Positions 1-11,632 of a DNA stretch of 64,000 nucleotides are shown here, piece by piece (position 1 is the first letter of the stretch; each line of letters begins with the position of its first letter). The notes under the pieces were generated by a model. It saw nothing but the letters and a program-made list of their open reading frames with translations. It had not been told where the DNA came from and searched no databases. Source of the DNA: Mobula hypostoma (taxonomy: Eukaryota); contig NC_086097.1 of NCBI RefSeq assembly GCF_963921235.1, positions 68,140,001 to 68,204,000 on the forward strand, given 5' to 3'. The position numbers were made by a program, and so were the translations under genes.

Positions 1-118
1 ATCTTTTTCCCTCCAGTCCTGGTGAAGGGTCTCAGCCCTAAACATCAACTTTACTCTTTTCCATAGATGCTACCTGGCCTGCTGAGTTCCTCCAGTATTT
101 TGTGTGTGTTGCTTGAAT
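1..118 (+). mobile_element. Penelope-like element terminal repeat fragment with decayed hammerhead motif
   Basis: cagtc-ctggtga-agggtctcagccc-taaa...catagatgctacctggcctgctgagttcctccag matches the PLE terminus seen at 4490-4615 and 15803-15940; catalytic core mutated. Confidence 0.75.
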
Positions 119-134
119 ATGCTCCTTTGGCTGT

Positions 135-1030
135 CATACTATAGGAAGGACATGATGGCACTGCCAAGGTTGCAAAGGAGAATCATTAGGACATTGTTTT
201 GGATAGAGATTTCATTTAGGAGAAAAGACTCAATTATCAATGGGCTTATTTTCCATGAAGCACAGAGATTTAGGGGGGGCCTGAATGAAGTACAGTAAAA
301 CTCTGATAATCCACCATTCGATTGTTTGAAATTCAACTGGTTTAACATCTGCCTTAACTGTTCTCTTTTCCATGCTCACGAGGGCCCATTTCCAGCACTC
401 CATTTAAACACACTCACTCTGCTGGCACTATTTCCTCTGTACAGTTTAAATTCACTGAGGTCCAATTTCCCATGATACTTTTAAGCACAATGGAGCCTTG
501 TTTTCCATGCCCTGACTAAAACTCACCTAGTTCACTGGGAAATACATTACACCACTGTGTAACATCTTTAAAAATAATGAATTGTAAGTGTTTTGGAATA
601 TCAAGAGGAGTACTATCCACTAATTTGAAAATCTGCTGTACATCACCAACAAAGCCCTAATGGTGCTGTGTTTTTATTTGAATTTTATTGAGTCAAAATT
701 ATGAAGGCCATAAACAGGATAGATGGAATGAAATTCCACAGCAAAAATTATAAACCAATAATCTACAGATTGAAGGTAAAAGGTCTGGCTAGAATTTAGG
801 AAGGAGTTTTTCACAACAAAGATGGTTGGTTATCTAAAACGTACAGCCTGAAAGACTGATATAGGCAAGTACTCTCACTTATTTAAGATGGACAGTATCT
901 CTACAAGCATTTCAATTGTTAAGGCATGGAAGACTTGTCAAGTGCTGAAAAATGGGATTACCATAGATAGGCATTCAATGGTCAGTTTGGTCATGATCAC
1001 CTGTTTCCATGTTATATAACTGTACAACTC
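135..1030 (+). mobile_element. Old degraded CR1-type LINE 3' remnants (about 135-300 and 690-1030)
   Basis: YYRKDMMALPRLQRRIIR resembles the CR1 ORF2 C-terminal YRKDVEALERVQRRFTR seen in younger copies in this window. Confidence 0.5.
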
Positions 1031-1779
1031 TGGTTATGCATGTTGAATTTGTAATTGAGATATTTCAGACAGTGCTGACTGAAGTATGACGTTTTCAACC
1101 ACTTCATCAAACAGGTATCAATTAAACTACATGATATTAATGAGGTAGCTACTGAAACATGAATGTTTTAGCCCATCTCCACTAGTAGTGTGGATTTCTT
1201 TCTTCAATGGATCACCACATTTTATCCTTCAGAGTTTTCACCCATAACTTATGCAATGTGATTAGCTTTATGGAACATATTCAATCATTTAGCTGAAGTT
1301 CAAAATACTTCTTGCATTCTATCACATTTACTGCATTTTCCAATGAACCCACATGGTACTTCTTGCTTCTGCATTGAGAGATTTACCTTCTATTTTGCTT
1401 TACTTTTCATAAATTCATAGATTTACCAGCCTCATTCTAGCAGTTGCTTCATTAGTGCCCTTTCTTCCATCATAGAGCCAAAAGTGAGGATATTTGCTAA
1501 TTGATTCCACAAGGGTTAATTTAATTTCCAACTTTTCAAGAAATTAGGAGCTCTTGCCCGCTTGCAGAAAGATCTCAACAACAACTAGGCAAGTAATATC
1601 TGTGCAACATAGGCAATGACCATCTCCAATACTTAAGCACCCAACTGGAGTCTAAACTTCAATGCTTGATATTCTAAAGGCAGCACCATTCTCAAATTCC
1701 CCACTATCAATAGCCTGAGGTGGGAATGGAAGGAAAGGGAAGAAGTACCAATGACCAGGAGATCTACTGGACCAGACAA

Positions 1780-2615
1780 ATATATACCGCAATTACAAGG
1801 GCAGATAAGAAGTTGGTATCTTGTTGTCATTGACTCACCCCCTGACACCCCAAAGCCTTTTATCCTTCTACAAAGTTCAAGGAATACAATGCAATATAGT
1901 TTACTTACTGGATAAGTGTAGGTTCATAGCCCTGAAGGACTGAGTGGTCTACTTGATTGGTACACAGTCCATGACCCTGAACATTCATTCCCTCAACCAG
2001 CCGAGCACTATGGCAGCAGTGCACACCATCTTGTAATGACAATTGCTTGATGATTGTCACGTGCACCAAGATACAGTGAAAAGCTTTTGTTTGCATGTCA
2101 TCCAGATAAATCATTCTAGACATAGGTACATCAAAGCACTACAAAAGAGAAATGATAAACAATGCAAAATATAGTGTTATAAAGAAAGTGTGGTTCTGGT
2201 AGACAAATCAAATGCAAGGACACAATAAAATAGATTGAGTGTTCAAGAGTTCACCTTCATTGTATGAGAGGTCTACTTAAGGGTCTTAACTACAAAACGG
2301 ACCCCAGTGACTTACATAGTTGACTCAACAACACCTTCCAAATCCATGATTTTTAGAACCAAGAAGGGTATGGGAATCTGGTGCCTGGGAAAACAACTAT
2401 TCTCACTACATAGCACACTGAATTGTAAATATATCATCCTTCCTTTATTATCATGAGCTCTACATCCTGAATCTTCCTCTCCAACAGCATTAATTGAAAG
2501 AAGTGAAGTAGTTCAGGAAAGTGGCTCACAGCTATCTTCTGAAGTACAGTTAAGAACAGGCAATAAATATGGTCTTTACTAGCAAAGTCCAGATCACAGA
2601 AAATGATTGAATTTA
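1780..2615 (+). mobile_element. Ancient CR1/L2-group LINE 3' remnant, interrupted at about 2035-2290
   Basis: cattcattccctcaaccag...gcagcagtgcacaccatc and caccttccaaatcc...caataaat; related remnant at 51500-52100; family assignment from recall. Confidence 0.45.
2035..2290 (-). mobile_element. Rex1/Babar-type LINE 3' UTR fragment
   Basis: attgtcacgtgcaccaagatacagtgaaaagctt is similar to 15555-15590. Confidence 0.45.
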
Positions 2616-2626
2616 AAAAAAGATAC

Positions 2627-2859
2627 TGTGGTAACTTCCACTTTGAAAAAGGCACATTTGACAAATTCATGCCAAAGAAACAACTTTATCTCGAACTTCA
2701 AAACGTTACGTATAAACAGAGGGTTTCACAACCCGTACGGCATGGCGGGGACACTATGTACCGAGAGCTACTGGAAGAACAAAAACAGAAGTAGATCCCG
2801 CCCCCCCCCGATATCCTAATTAGTGTTAACTTACTTTTAATCACACTCACATTACAACA
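2627..2859. mobile_element. Solo LTR (233 bp)
   Basis: TGTGGTAA...TTACAACA imperfect inverted termini; exact 5-bp TSD GATAC at 2622-2626 and 2860-2864. Confidence 0.8.
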
Positions 2860-3957
2860 GATACTTTTTAAAACTAGCAGCATGAAGAAAACACATCACC
2901 TCTCTAAGGTGAACTGAAACATGGTGCTTACGGAACACAGGTTTGTAGCTATCAGCAACCCAACTAACCCTAAAATAGCATTACATGTAACAGTTAGTAT
3001 ATACAATCCGCACACCATATTAACTAACTTAAAGAAGAACTTGATTTGGATTGCTATGTAATTAAGCAACAAGGTTATCATGATATGGAAAAGAACTCTT
3101 TCATTGGTTGAATGACATTTGACTGTCAAACATTAAGTCTTCCACTGCTGCATACCCTTTCAGTCTTTAGAGTCTAATGTATGATTGAACTCAGTCTCCA
3201 CAGCTGCTAAGTCCAATGATGCCGCAGGATTGACAATTGTACAGCAGGTTAATGAACTTTGTATCATGGACCCAAGCCCAAGCTGTTGAGCACTAGTGAA
3301 TGAGCTTTGCACACTTCCTCCTCTTGCTACACTATTGTGCAGCACACAAAGGTAAACAACAGATAACTTCAGAAAAACATATAGCGCTAAGTCTGTGGGG
3401 CTAGCCTGATGGTCTTGAATCACGGTCTGTTCTTCAGGCTAAAGCCTGCTCAGGGTGACCATGCTGCAGAGAAAATGGCAAATAAATATTGCATGGGAAT
3501 AGTGACATTTGTACATGTTTTACACAAAAAAAGCTTGTTATCAGCATGAGTGCAGTTCATTTCTGGAAATACAAGAAAGTAACATTCCAGAGCGGTGTAA
3601 TTTGACATGGATGTCACCATAATTCATATTCACTCGGTTTCCCATTATTCTCATTAACAGAGGTCTGGGATTTGCTACTTGTTCAGATCTAGGCCCATAT
3701 GTTTAAAAAGTCTGCCTTCAGTATGCTGATGATGCTAAATCAAAATTTCTGCTGCTCCTTAATTTTGAATAAGTATCTGAGTCATACCCGCGCTCTGAGC
3801 CACTGCTTTACCAGAAAAGTTTGTATTATTTTAAAAAGTAACCAAAAATAGTATTTGTCCAAGCCAAGCTGGAAAATGGAAATATACCTACTAAGCTACA
3901 AATACTTTCATTATACCCCTGGGCAACCCCACAAGTAGTAGGAAACATAATACAGTT

Positions 3958-4615
3958 CATATTGGTGAGACCTGACATAGATTGGGAGATTGCTTCACCA
4001 AGAACCTACATTCTGTCTGCCAGAAAAAGTGGGATCTTCCAATGGCCACCCATTTCAATTCTACTTCCTTTTCCCATTTTGACATGTCAGTCCATGCCCT
4101 TCTCTACAGTCTCAACGAGGCTACACTCAGGCCGGAAGGGCAACACTTTGTATTCTCTCTGGGTAGCCTCCAACCTGATTGCATTTGTCAAACTTCCGGT
4201 AATTGCCTCCCCCCATTTTCTTTACCATTTCCCTTTCCTGTTTCCCTCTCTCACCTTATCTCTTTACTTGCCCATCATCTCCCTCTGGTGTTCCTCCTCC
4301 TTCCCTTTCTTCCATAGTCTTCCTTCCTCGTCTCTCAGATTCCCCCTTCTCCAGCCCTTTATTTCTTCACCAATCAACTTCCCAGCTCTTTCCTTCAACA
4401 CTCCCCCCTCCCCGTTTCATCTATCACCTACCACCTTGTACTTCTTCCTCCCCTCCTCCCACCTTCTTACTCTGACTTCTCTTTCCTTCTGGTCCTGCTG
4501 GAGGGTCTTGGCCCGAAACGTTGACTGTTTACCTTAGATGCCGGCCTGCTGAGTCCCTCCAGCAATTTGTGTGTGTTGCTTTGAATTTCCAGCATCTGCA
4601 GATCTTCTTGTCTCT
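3958..4615 (+). mobile_element. Penelope-like element 3' part: GIY-YIG endonuclease remnant, pyrimidine-rich tract, terminal repeat
   Basis: IGET*HRLGDCFTKNLHSVCQKKWDLPMATHFNSTSFSHFDMSVHAL...LGSLQPD; decayed hammerhead ggtc-ctgctgg-agggtcttggccc-gaaac-gtt-gact at about 4491-4527. Confidence 0.85.
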
Positions 4616-5009
4616 GTGATATTGTTCATATCCGCCAGCTATAATTATAACTTATCCCGAGGTACATCAAGCCATTCTTGAAAGAGCTCATTGCCCTCTG
4701 TCCCTAACTTCTCTCAAACATTAATTGGAGTAAATCCTATGCAGAAATAGAAGCACATCAAGGAAATAGACACATTGTTAAGATTTTTTATTTTTCCTCT
4801 CCACACAAATACAGTATTAAGAACTTTAAAATAGATAAAAAGCACAGAAATGGAAAATATCTCCTCCTATCTTTTGAAAATAAATTAGCAATTTATGTCT
4901 TATCAAGACACCAAACCATGTTAGATACCCAAAAGACAAGTAACAACTTTGTGAGTTTTTAAACTGTCATTAATAATTGAATAAAAATTTAGGTGAGTAT
5001 TATTGCTTT

Positions 5010-5760
5010 AAAATGGAAAATGCTGGAAGCACTCATCAAAATCCATGAAGAGAGAAACTAGGTCAACATTTCAAGTTGAGAACATTTCATCAGAACTAGA
5101 TCAGTGAGGAAACAAAATGTGTTTAAAGTTGCAGCGACCAGAAAGCGGAGAGAATAGATGGAATGGAATGTTTTTGATAGCATGTAGACCAAAGCTGTAA
5201 TTATAGAAAAGAGAAAAAATATAAACATGTAACATAAACAAAATGCTGGAGAATTTCCAGCATCTACAGATTTTCTCTTGTTTGAAATATAAACAGGTTG
5301 CAAGAAATAGGTGCTGCCACTGTGGTGCAGAAAATAAAGAGGTGTTTTTCTAATATTATTAAATTCAGTATTAAATCCTGATGGCTGTAAAATGCTCAGA
5401 TGGAAAATGAGTGCTGTTCCTTTAGTTGAAACCGGCCACTTTGGTGCAACAGAGAGGTTAGGGTGGGAGCTGGACGGAGAATTAAACTGCCCGATGACAG
5501 GAAGGTCAGGCCACTCTTGCAAGCTGAATGGGGTTATTCTGCAAAATGGTCACCAATCTGTATCTAGTTTTCCCAGTGCAGAGGGGACCACATCTTAAGC
5601 ACAAAATGCAGTATTTGATTAGAAGAGGTGCGAATGAAACACTGAATCACTAGGTAGAAATGCTTGGGTCCTCCTAAATGAGAAGAGAAGAGATAAAAGG
5701 TGGGTGTTAAATCACCGATGTTTGCATGGGAAAGTACTACGTGGAGATAGAATCTGAAAG
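5010..5760 (-). mobile_element. Older Penelope-like element remnant
   Basis: Minus-strand PDLPVIGQFNSPSSSHPNLS...LIFHLSILQPSGFNTEFN (GIY-YIG C-terminal part); terminal repeat with ctgatga...gaaa at about 5070-5098. Confidence 0.7.
5231..5284. mobile_element. 54-bp PLE terminal mini-insertion with inverted arm
   Basis: atgctggag/tccagcat inversion; TSD aaatataaaca(t/g)gt at 5217-5230 and 5285-5298. Confidence 0.65.
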
Positions 5761-5807
5761 ATCAAGAAAGAGAAAGGAAGAGTCAGCTATGCACTGTGAC
5801 AAAGTGA

Positions 5808-7312
5808 GCATTGAATCACAGTGGATTTCACTGGGCTTTTTTGACACTGATCAAAAGAAAAGACCCTCTTGTGACAACAAATTTCTACCAAGTGATTTAA
5901 ATTAATTACAAATATTAAACACAAAATAATTGATTGTATAAGTATTCACCCCCTTTAATAGAACACACCAAATTATCACTGGTGCAGCCAATTGGTTTGA
6001 AAAATCACATAATTAGTTAAATGGTGATCACCTGTGTGCAGTCAAGGTGTTTCAATTGATTGTAATAAAAATACACCTGCATCTGGAAAGTCCAACTACA
6101 GGTGAGTTAGTATTCTGGGAAAAACTACACAAGCAAGCCAAAAGAACACTTCCAGCAACTGTGAAAAGCTTATTAAAAAGTACAAGTCAGGAAATGGATA
6201 GAAGAAAATTTCCAAGTCACTGAATATCCCTTGGAGTACAATTAAGTCAATCATCAAGAAATGGAAAGAATAAGACATGACCGTAAATCTGCCTAGAACA
6301 GGCTGTCCTCAAAAACTGAGCGACCGTGCAAGAAAAGGACTAGCGAGGGAGGCCACCAAAAGACATCTGACAACTCTGGAAGATTTACATGATTCAGTGG
6401 CTGAGATGGGAGAGACTGTGCATACAACTGTTGCCCGGGTGCTTCACCAGTCACAGCTTTATGGGAGAGTGGCAAAGAGAAAACCACTGTTCAAAAAGAT
6501 TCACATGAAATCTCAGCTAGAGTTTGCCAGAAGGCATGTGGCAGACTCTGAAGACAGTTGAAAGAAGGTTCTATGGTCTGATGAAACAAAAATGGAGCTT
6601 TTTGGCCATCAGACAAATACTGCACATCATCAAAGACACACCATCCCCAGTGTGAAGCATGGTGGTGGCTGCATCATGCTGTGGGGATGCTTCACTGCAC
6701 CAGGATCTGGAAGGTGGAGGGTAAAATGAATGCAGCAAAATACAGGGAAATCCTGGAGGAAAACCTGATGCAGTCTGCAAGAGAACTGCGACTTGAGAGA
6801 AGACTTGTTTTCTAGCAACACCCCAAGCATCAAGCCAATGCTACACAGAATGGCTTAAGAAAAACAAAGTTTATGTCCTGGAGTGGCCAAGTCAGTATCC
6901 AGGCCTCAATCTAATTCAGAATCTGTGGCTGGACTTGAAAAGGGCTGTTCACCCACAATCCCCATGCAATCAGACAGAGCTTGAGCAGTTTTGTAAAGAA
7001 GAATGGGGAAAAATTGCAGTGCCCAGATGTGCAAAGACCTATCCACACAGGCTCAAGTCTGTAATTGCTGCCAAAAGTGCATCTACTAAACACTGACTTG
7101 AAGGGGATGAGTAATTATGTAATCAATTATTTAGTATTTAATAATTGCAATAAATGTAGATCAATTTGTAGAAATTTTTTTTCACTTTGTCAGGAAAGAG
7201 TCTTTTCTGTTGATCAATCAAAAAAGCCAAATTAAATCTATCGTGATTCAATGTTGTAAAACAATAAAACACAAAAACTTCCAAGGGGGTTGTATACTTT
7301 TCATAGGCACTG
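5808..7312 (+). mobile_element. Tc1-like DNA transposon, IR/DR type, left TIR truncated
   Basis: Right end ...cataggcactg followed by TA (7313-7314); cattgaatcac (5809) is inverted to gtgattcaatg (about 7243); inner DR aagtattcaccccctt (about 5940) is inverted to aaggggatgagtaatt (7101). Confidence 0.9.
6133..7095 (+). pseudogene. Tc1 transposase pseudogene (stops, frameshifts, deletions)
   Basis: KKISKSLNIPWSTIKSIIKKWKE (HTH), [52 protein letters not shown] (degenerate SPDLNPIE). Confidence 0.9.
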
Positions 7313-7399
7313 TATGCCTGGAAACAGGTTGCCCAAGTTATTTTCAGTACAATAGACAAGACTAAAAATGGGGAAATGCAGGAAAACCTGCGAAGTGTT

Positions 7400-7780
7400 G
7401 GCTTAGCTTCATGATAGTACCTTTGCCCTCAGGTTATGAGTTCAAGTCCTCATCTGAGCACATAAATCTAAGGTTACGCATCATTAGTGTTCTGAGAGAG
7501 TGCTTCAATGTTAAATGTCCTTTAGATAAATGTGTAAATATCTCATATCACTATTTCAAGAGCAAATTTTCTGCAGGCTTTTGCATTCCTTTTTAACCAA
7601 AACCATCTAAAACAGACAAATTGTTAATCATGACCTTGCTATACTGTAATTTACATGACAATAGAAACTAGGCAATACCTTCATTCTAAATATGCTGAGA
7701 ATTGCATAAATGCAAATTATTTTTGGAACATCTTTTTTAAAAGTCCATGTGCAAATCTTTTCAGCTATCTACCTGCCGTG
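7400..7780 (+). mobile_element. Highly decayed tRNA-derived Deu-type SINE
   Basis: B-box-like gagttcaagtcc, then tgagcacataaatctaagg...ctgagagagtgct, resembling shark DeuSINE from recall. Confidence 0.35.
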
Positions 7781-8109
7781 AGTTATATTTCCATGATAAG
7801 TTTTGAAAATCTGCAATGTTACAATGGTATCAAACACAAACTTGGGGAACAATACCACATTTTCCATCTGGCACATTGCAGCCTTCTGGACTCAATATCA
7901 AATCCTCTAACTTGAGATAACATGCTCTTTATTCGTGTCTATATAAAACTACTTCTGCCTGCCACCCTTTTCTTTTCTTCTCTGTGTACCGTCTGTCATG
8001 TTGCAGTATGTCAAAACTACATCAACAACAAATTACAGTCATAGTAGCTTGATCTTATTCCAATTGCACCAGACTTCACTCTAGGAGAGAAATTCACTGC
8101 TACCTAGAC

Positions 8110-8580
8110 TAACTTGATTTTCTCTTTCTCAGTTCTAAAGAGATCCCCCATCTAAAAAGTTAATTGTTTCTCTTTCCACAGATGCTGCCTAACCTGTTTA
8201 GTTTTCCATCATTTTCCATTTTCTATTTTTATGTAGCATTAGTTCAGTTTCTTTTTATCCTACTTGTCTAAGTTAAGCCTGTTGGGCAGGTTCCACTACT
8301 GTAGCTTTGGCAATACATGATGCAGATTGTTTAATGTGCTGTTAACTGCCAACATTAAACCATTCTGACTTGTTCTATCACAGACACCCGCCTCCCCCAC
8401 AAACCCTCTCTCCTATGGAAAACTAATATGCATCTTTCTCTCTTTTCTAGTTCTGATAAAGGGTTGCAGACTGGGTCCTTAATTTCAAATAGTACCTGCT
8501 TCTTTTTCCAAAGATATTGTCTGCCCTGCTGAGTTTTAAGATTGTTTTCCTCCAGCTGCAGAATCTTTGGTGTTTCTGTT
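8110..8580 (+). mobile_element. Two decayed PLE terminal repeats (about 8110-8230 and 8440-8580)
   Basis: tctttccacagatgctgcctaacctg and agttctgataaaggg...ctgccctgctgagtt match the PLE terminus. Confidence 0.45.
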
Positions 8581-9622
8581 TGTATTGTACTTCTAGAGAC
8601 ATAGGGAACTCATTAGTGCGTGGATGAGACACACACTAGTGGACAGGATGGTGGAATCAGAAGGTGGTACTGCATTGAGTGCCTGTGTCTGTCTCATTGA
8701 ATATTTAATTCAATTAGTGCCAACACAGCTAACATTCAGGCAGATAATATAATGAGCCAGTGACATTATTGCACCAATTTTCTACCAGTGCAAAGACATT
8801 GTTCTTAGAATTCCCTGGTGAGAAAATTTTTGCTGTGGAGGATAGCTTTAAACATTTGTTTGTTTGTTGTAAAAATACTCTCAATGATTCGTTTTTAGAA
8901 CTGATAGAGCTATTAAAATTGCAACTCTTTAGTGCAGTTATTTACAACTTTAGAAAGATCCGCAAACTGCAGCACAAGCATCATCTATGAATGTGCCCTT
9001 CTCAATTGTCTGAAATTGCAATAGAATCACAAGCCAGATAATTACAGATGAAGAAGACGATTTGATACATAGCTCACTCATCCAGAGAGATTGTTAAGTC
9101 TCCTATTTCAACATTAAGCCGTTTCATGAAAAATTCAAGGGTTTTCAGCTTCACTGCTCTTTAAATCCATGCCATACATCAATTATCAATCAAATTCACA
9201 ATGTTATAACATCATTCAACAACCACTTTGAGAGAAAAGGAAAATTAATAGCAGCAACATTTTTACATGTGAAGTTTTTTAAAATTAAGCTTCAAATGTT
9301 TATTATGTTTCACTTCATAAAATTTCTTTGAGATTATTACATAAATATTTAATATGTTCATGTCAAATCCCTCTATCTATTTTCCAGAAGCATTAGCCTG
9401 ATTACTCTGAAATTTGAAAAGGGGGTTTGGAATAATCCTTTAATTACTAACAATTAGTTTCTAATGTTTTTAAAGTTTGAGCAGAATTTCAAGTAGTTAG
9501 TTATTTTGGTACATAGAACAAGGCCAAAAAGAGTGCTTCAAAATCATAAAGCACCAATCATTCTCCATGTGACTACTCTATTAAAGAAGGGTAAGAGGTT
9601 CATTTTTTCCTCTGTCTTCCAG

Positions 9623-9680
9623 GAAAACATCAGCAGAACCAATAGCAGCCACCAGCCACAGTGGTCCAGCAAGGAAAAGC
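9623..9680 (+). other. Candidate 58-nt internal exon of an unidentified host transcript
   Basis: Acceptor cattttttcctctgtcttccag| and donor AGC|gtaagt in non-repeat DNA; two of three frames open. Confidence 0.3.
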
Positions 9681-9791
9681 GTAAGTTCATCAGCTCATTG
9701 ATTTGAAGGAGAGAGGACTGAACATTTTTGTCATAGCAACCACAGAACGGATACAGACCAGTACTAGCAAACAGGATTAGTATAGATGGTA

Positions 9792-9975
9792 ACACACATA
9801 AAAGTTGCTGGTGAATGCAGCAGGCCAGGCAGCATATATAGGAAGAGGTCCAGTTGACGTTTCAGGCCAAGACCCTACCTCTTCCTCTAGATGTTGCCTG
9901 GCCTGCTGCATTCACCAGCAACTTTTATGTGTGTTGCTTGAATTTCCAGCATTTGCAGACTTCCTCGTGTTTGTG
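9792..9975. mobile_element. PLE terminal insertion with inverted arms
   Basis: Arms 9792-9849 and 9877-9935 are near-perfect reverse complements; exact 15-bp TSD ttagtatagatggta at 9777-9791 and 9976-9990. Confidence 0.9.
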
Positions 9976-9997
9976 TTAGTATAGATGGTATCTGTCC

Positions 9998-10425
9998 AGG
10001 TGCAGGATTCCCTAGTAGTTAACTTGCAGCTTGATGCACTATCAATTACTCCAAAAGACTGAAAGTAGAGTAAATACTGAAAGGCTTTTATTAGAAGTAA
10101 AATGGACCAACGTCCATGCTGAATATCTGTCCTGGACTGCGGGAGGAGCAGTGACACAACCGCCTTTATTCAGGGGTCTGTGGGAGGAGCCACAGGAGCA
10201 GTCAGCATAGGGGCATGTCCAGACAGGTAACCCAGTTACAACCTATATACATGGTTTACCACACAGCTTGAGTGAGCAGTAAAGGCGGCAAATGCAACGT
10301 TAGCATTCATTTCAAGAGGACTAGAATATAAAAGCAAGGTTGTAATAATGAGGCTTTAGAAGGCAATTGTCAGACCACATTTAGAGTATTGTGAGCACTT
10401 TTGGTCCCCATATCTGAGAAAGGTG
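9998..10425 (+). mobile_element. CR1 LINE fragment split by a solo LTR
   Basis: VQDSLVVNLQL | ...ANATLAFISRGLEYKSKVVIMRL*KAIVRPHLEYCEHFWSPYLRK. Confidence 0.8.
10032..10263 (-). mobile_element. Solo LTR (232 bp) inserted in CR1
   Basis: TG...CA termini (minus strand TGTGGTAAAC...GTGCATCA), AATAAA on minus strand, exact TSD CAGCT at 10027-10031 and 10264-10268. Confidence 0.85.
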
Positions 10426-10444
10426 TTGTTGGACAGCTCTGCAG

Positions 10445-11040
10445 TATTCTGTCCGTGGCCACCTCTATTGCCATGTCAAGGTAGATGCAGATTAGAGGAA
10501 CAACACCTCATGCTCTGCTTTCGGAGTCTCCAATATGAAGATCAATTTCTCTGACCTGGTATCATGCCTGTCTGTCTCCTTCAGCCCCTGACCCTTTTGT
10601 TTTCACTTATTTCTATGACCCTTCCCACCCTCATAGCCTGCCCATCGCCCACACCTTCCTTCCTCTGGTTTCCCACCACTTTCCCTTTATTCCATCATTT
10701 ACTCTCTCTCTCCCATCTGATTGCATCTTATTCAGCCCTTTGCCTTTTCCACTTATCATTTCCCAGCTTCACACACCATTACCGCTTTCCTCTTCCCTCA
10801 CCTGCCTGTCCTCCCCCCGCACCTGAATTCACCCATCATCCGCCAGCTTGTACTCCCCCCCCTCACCCCCCCCACTCTTTTATTCTGGCTTCAGCCTTCT
10901 TTCTGGTATTGATGAAGGGTTTAAATGAACATCAACTGTCCATTTTCCTCCATAGATGCTGCCTGACCTGCTGAATTCCACCAGCATTTTGTGTGTGTGT
11001 GTTGCTTCAGATGTCCAGCATATGCAGTCTCTCTTCTGTC
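10445..11040 (+). mobile_element. Penelope-like element 3' remnant
   Basis: RLEEQHLM (GIY-YIG C-terminus), pyrimidine tract, terminus ttgatgaaggg...catagatgctgcctgacctgctgaattcc. Confidence 0.75.
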
Positions 11041-11499
11041 TTCAGGAAAGAAACTGATCTTTCTGGCTGACCACCAAGAAGAACCAGGACTGGTTTGAGT
11101 GGAATGAAGGGGCAATAAATAACTGTAAGCATAAAGCACTCCTGCATTGGAATAAACACTATTCCAACAGGGCTGTTTTCTCTGGCTGGAAAGTGTGAGA
11201 AAACTCTCACAATCTCACAAATAGGCAACCTATTTCAGGCTAATGCGACAGTAAAAATCTGCACAGGTATGAAGTTAAAACCCAACACTAACTAGACCAT
11301 AGCAAATCCAAACCCAATCACTTATAATTTTACTGATCACAAACAAGATCCAAACCCTGCATGTATTGTTAAGTCCTGTTGCATCCAGACTTTACACCGA
11401 CTTGTAAATTCTGTGCCTTCTCTATGTGAGAGCAGCAGATGTATGTTCAAATACGTTCAAGGTTGAGATCAATGTAATAAGGGAATGAAGGGCGAGAGA

Positions 11500-11632
11500 C
11501 AGAGACGGAGACTACAGATACTAGAACTGGGAGCAAAAAAACAAACTGATGGAGAAAGTCAACAGGTCAAGCAACATCTGTGGAGGCAACTGGATAATCA
11601 AGCTTTTGGGATAAAACAATGAATCAGGACCT
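11500..11632 (-). mobile_element. Decayed PLE terminal repeat
   Basis: caacaggtcaagcaacatctgtggagg...tcaggac is the reverse complement of the PLE terminus. Confidence 0.5.

Noticed and set aside
3962..4537. 191-aa hydrophobic ORF (also 10564-10974 and 54236-54567)
   Set aside because: Off-frame translation of PLE pyrimidine-rich tracts
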